Below, piece by piece: positions 62,511-64,000 of a DNA stretch of 64,000 nucleotides (position 1 is the stretch's first letter; the number at the start of each line of letters is the position of its first letter). The notes beneath the pieces were generated by a model, which worked only from the letters and a program-made list of their open reading frames with translations, was not told the origin of the DNA and ran no database searches. The translations under genes were made by a program, and so were the position numbers. This DNA comes from Felis catus (lineage: Eukaryota). The stretch covers positions 49,664,001-49,728,000 of the forward strand of contig NC_058382.1 in the NCBI RefSeq assembly GCF_018350175.1. Direction: 5' to 3'.

Positions 62511-63439
62511 TTGAGAAAACATATCAACTTCGCACATTATAAATGGATTCCAATACCGATACCTACTAAAGTAACAATTCTGTGCTGGCTAAGCCCGTAG
62601 CTGCCGCCGGTCCCAGCACTAAGCACTAGGTCCTGCAGAGCAGGCACAGGAAAAGCATTTATTCACTGCAAAAGATGGCAGGCCCCCTTCGACTGGCTGT
62701 CAGTAGCGTGGGATCTGTCCTAGGCTGGCCTCGGCACCACCCTGAGAGCCTGCAGGATGTTCAACAATCCTGTCGTAAACTGCAATCTGAGGGACCAGAG
62801 GCTAAGATACCCTAATTGAAATGTAAGTAAGGAAGGGGTAGAATTAAGGGGAATCCTCAATGAATCTTTTGCCCCCCCCCCCCCCCCGCCCTTTGTTGTC
62901 CATGATAACAGCATTTGCAAACAAAAGAGAACAATAAAAGAAAGTGGTATTTGGATTCATTTTATGTGAAAATGCAGTTCTGGAACAATCAGGTCAGGGA
63001 CCTCATTGGCTATGTGCAGCAAACGAGTTTTTTTCCTTGTGACTGGCTACCTTATGTTGGGCTGCTTTTGTTTGGTTAGTTTTGGGGGGCTAGTTTTAAA
63101 GTCATTTACAGAACTATGTTACAAGCCAGAAACAATGCCTGAATCCAGCTTTAAAGCTAAAACCAACACTGAATGGATGTAATGGGTGCAATTAGCTAAC
63201 TGAATGAATACTCAGCCAACTGAACAACTTGCCAGAATCTGCCAGAGTTATACAGAGGAGCTACAGGCAGCAAATGGAGTTGCAGCGGAGATGAGCACTC
63301 CCGCTAGCTGTCACACGAACCACGTCAACGTCAGAGAGTTATGCAGATACTTTCTTGTTCAGCAAGAATCTGCGCTGGTATACACAACGGAAGGCATAAG
63401 ATGGTGAAAAGCGGCTAGAAAAAGATGCCAAAAAGTTCT

Positions 63440-63900
63440 CAGGGCCTGGTGAGAATCCCAGGGGTAAAAAGAAGATCGTAAAAACTTCAAAACTTGTGAA
63501 GAGACAGGGGCAGGGGAAAATGAAGTTATATACAAAGATGCAAGAATTCCAAATGGCTTCAGACTTCTAGAAGAAGCCTGACTGTGGAGCAACGTCCTCA
63601 CAGTTGTACAGACAGATAATGTTCCACCTACAATATCATGCCCAGCAAAACCACGAACAAAATGTGAAGTCAGAACAAAGTCACTTTCAGAAATGCCAAG
63701 TCTCAAAAATGTACCCCCCATAAACCATTTCCTCAGGATGTTACTGGAGGATGAGTTCTGTCTAAACAGGAGGATAAACCTAGAAAGAAGAGAACAAGGG
63801 ATCCAAGAAACACAGTAGCTACACAAAGAGGGATAAAACGCAGGCCCAGGACAACAGCTGGACAGAAAGCCAAGGGAACAAAGAGCCCCAATTGGAGCAG
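63440..63900 (+). mobile_element. HAL1 / ancient L1 ORF1-derived fragment
   Basis: tcagacttct...ccagcaaaac...tttcctcaggatgttactggaggatg...gggatccaagaaac resembles the HAL1 consensus (recalled); no intact frame. Confidence 0.7.
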
Positions 63901-64000
63901 GAGGGTGGAAGGGTCCAGAAGGGATGGGGGGAAGGGGGAGTGGGGAAGGAAATGACAGATTTTTCTGACATAGTCAAGAAGAGTATTGAGAGGGATTTTA

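Noticed and set aside
1..64000. CRISPR arrays, operons or other prokaryote-type systems
   Set aside because: The sequence is mammalian; repeated units are dispersed SINEs and microsatellites, not repeat-spacer arrays.

Overview
This is mammalian genomic DNA from a carnivore, most likely a felid. The evidence is about 25 tRNA-derived Can-SINEs, several with felid SINEC_Fc-type tails. The window covers the CFDP1-BCAR1 junction, with both genes on the minus strand. The right part holds the last two coding exons of CFDP1/BCNT (48708-48866 and 38232-38322, the conserved BCNT-C domain), its 3'UTR and a tandem AATAAA. Everything right of 48867 is the long preceding CFDP1 intron. The left part holds two CpG-island promoters of BCAR1 (p130Cas), each with a 4-codon coding first exon: MSVP at 15245-15256 and MNYL at 2224-2235. 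The common BCAR1 exons should lie left of the window. The rest is intronic or intergenic sequence with SINEs, L1/L2/MIR/HAL1 fragments, MaLR/ERVL/ERV1 LTRs, hAT DNA transposons and microsatellites. Almost all listed six-frame ORFs are spurious. I see no new gene system. The most interesting signals are: (1) an inverted SINE pair around the frame-symmetric, stop-free 159-nt CFDP1 exon; (2) a 52-bp templated insertion copied from a neighbouring MLT1 LTR into an L1 fragment; (3) a non-coding relic of a human BCAR1 coding first exon; (4) an open read-through frame and an AUGA-overlapping uORF at the MNYL exon; (5) several candidate enhancers. Repeat family names and cross-species comparisons come from recall of consensus sequences and were not computed.
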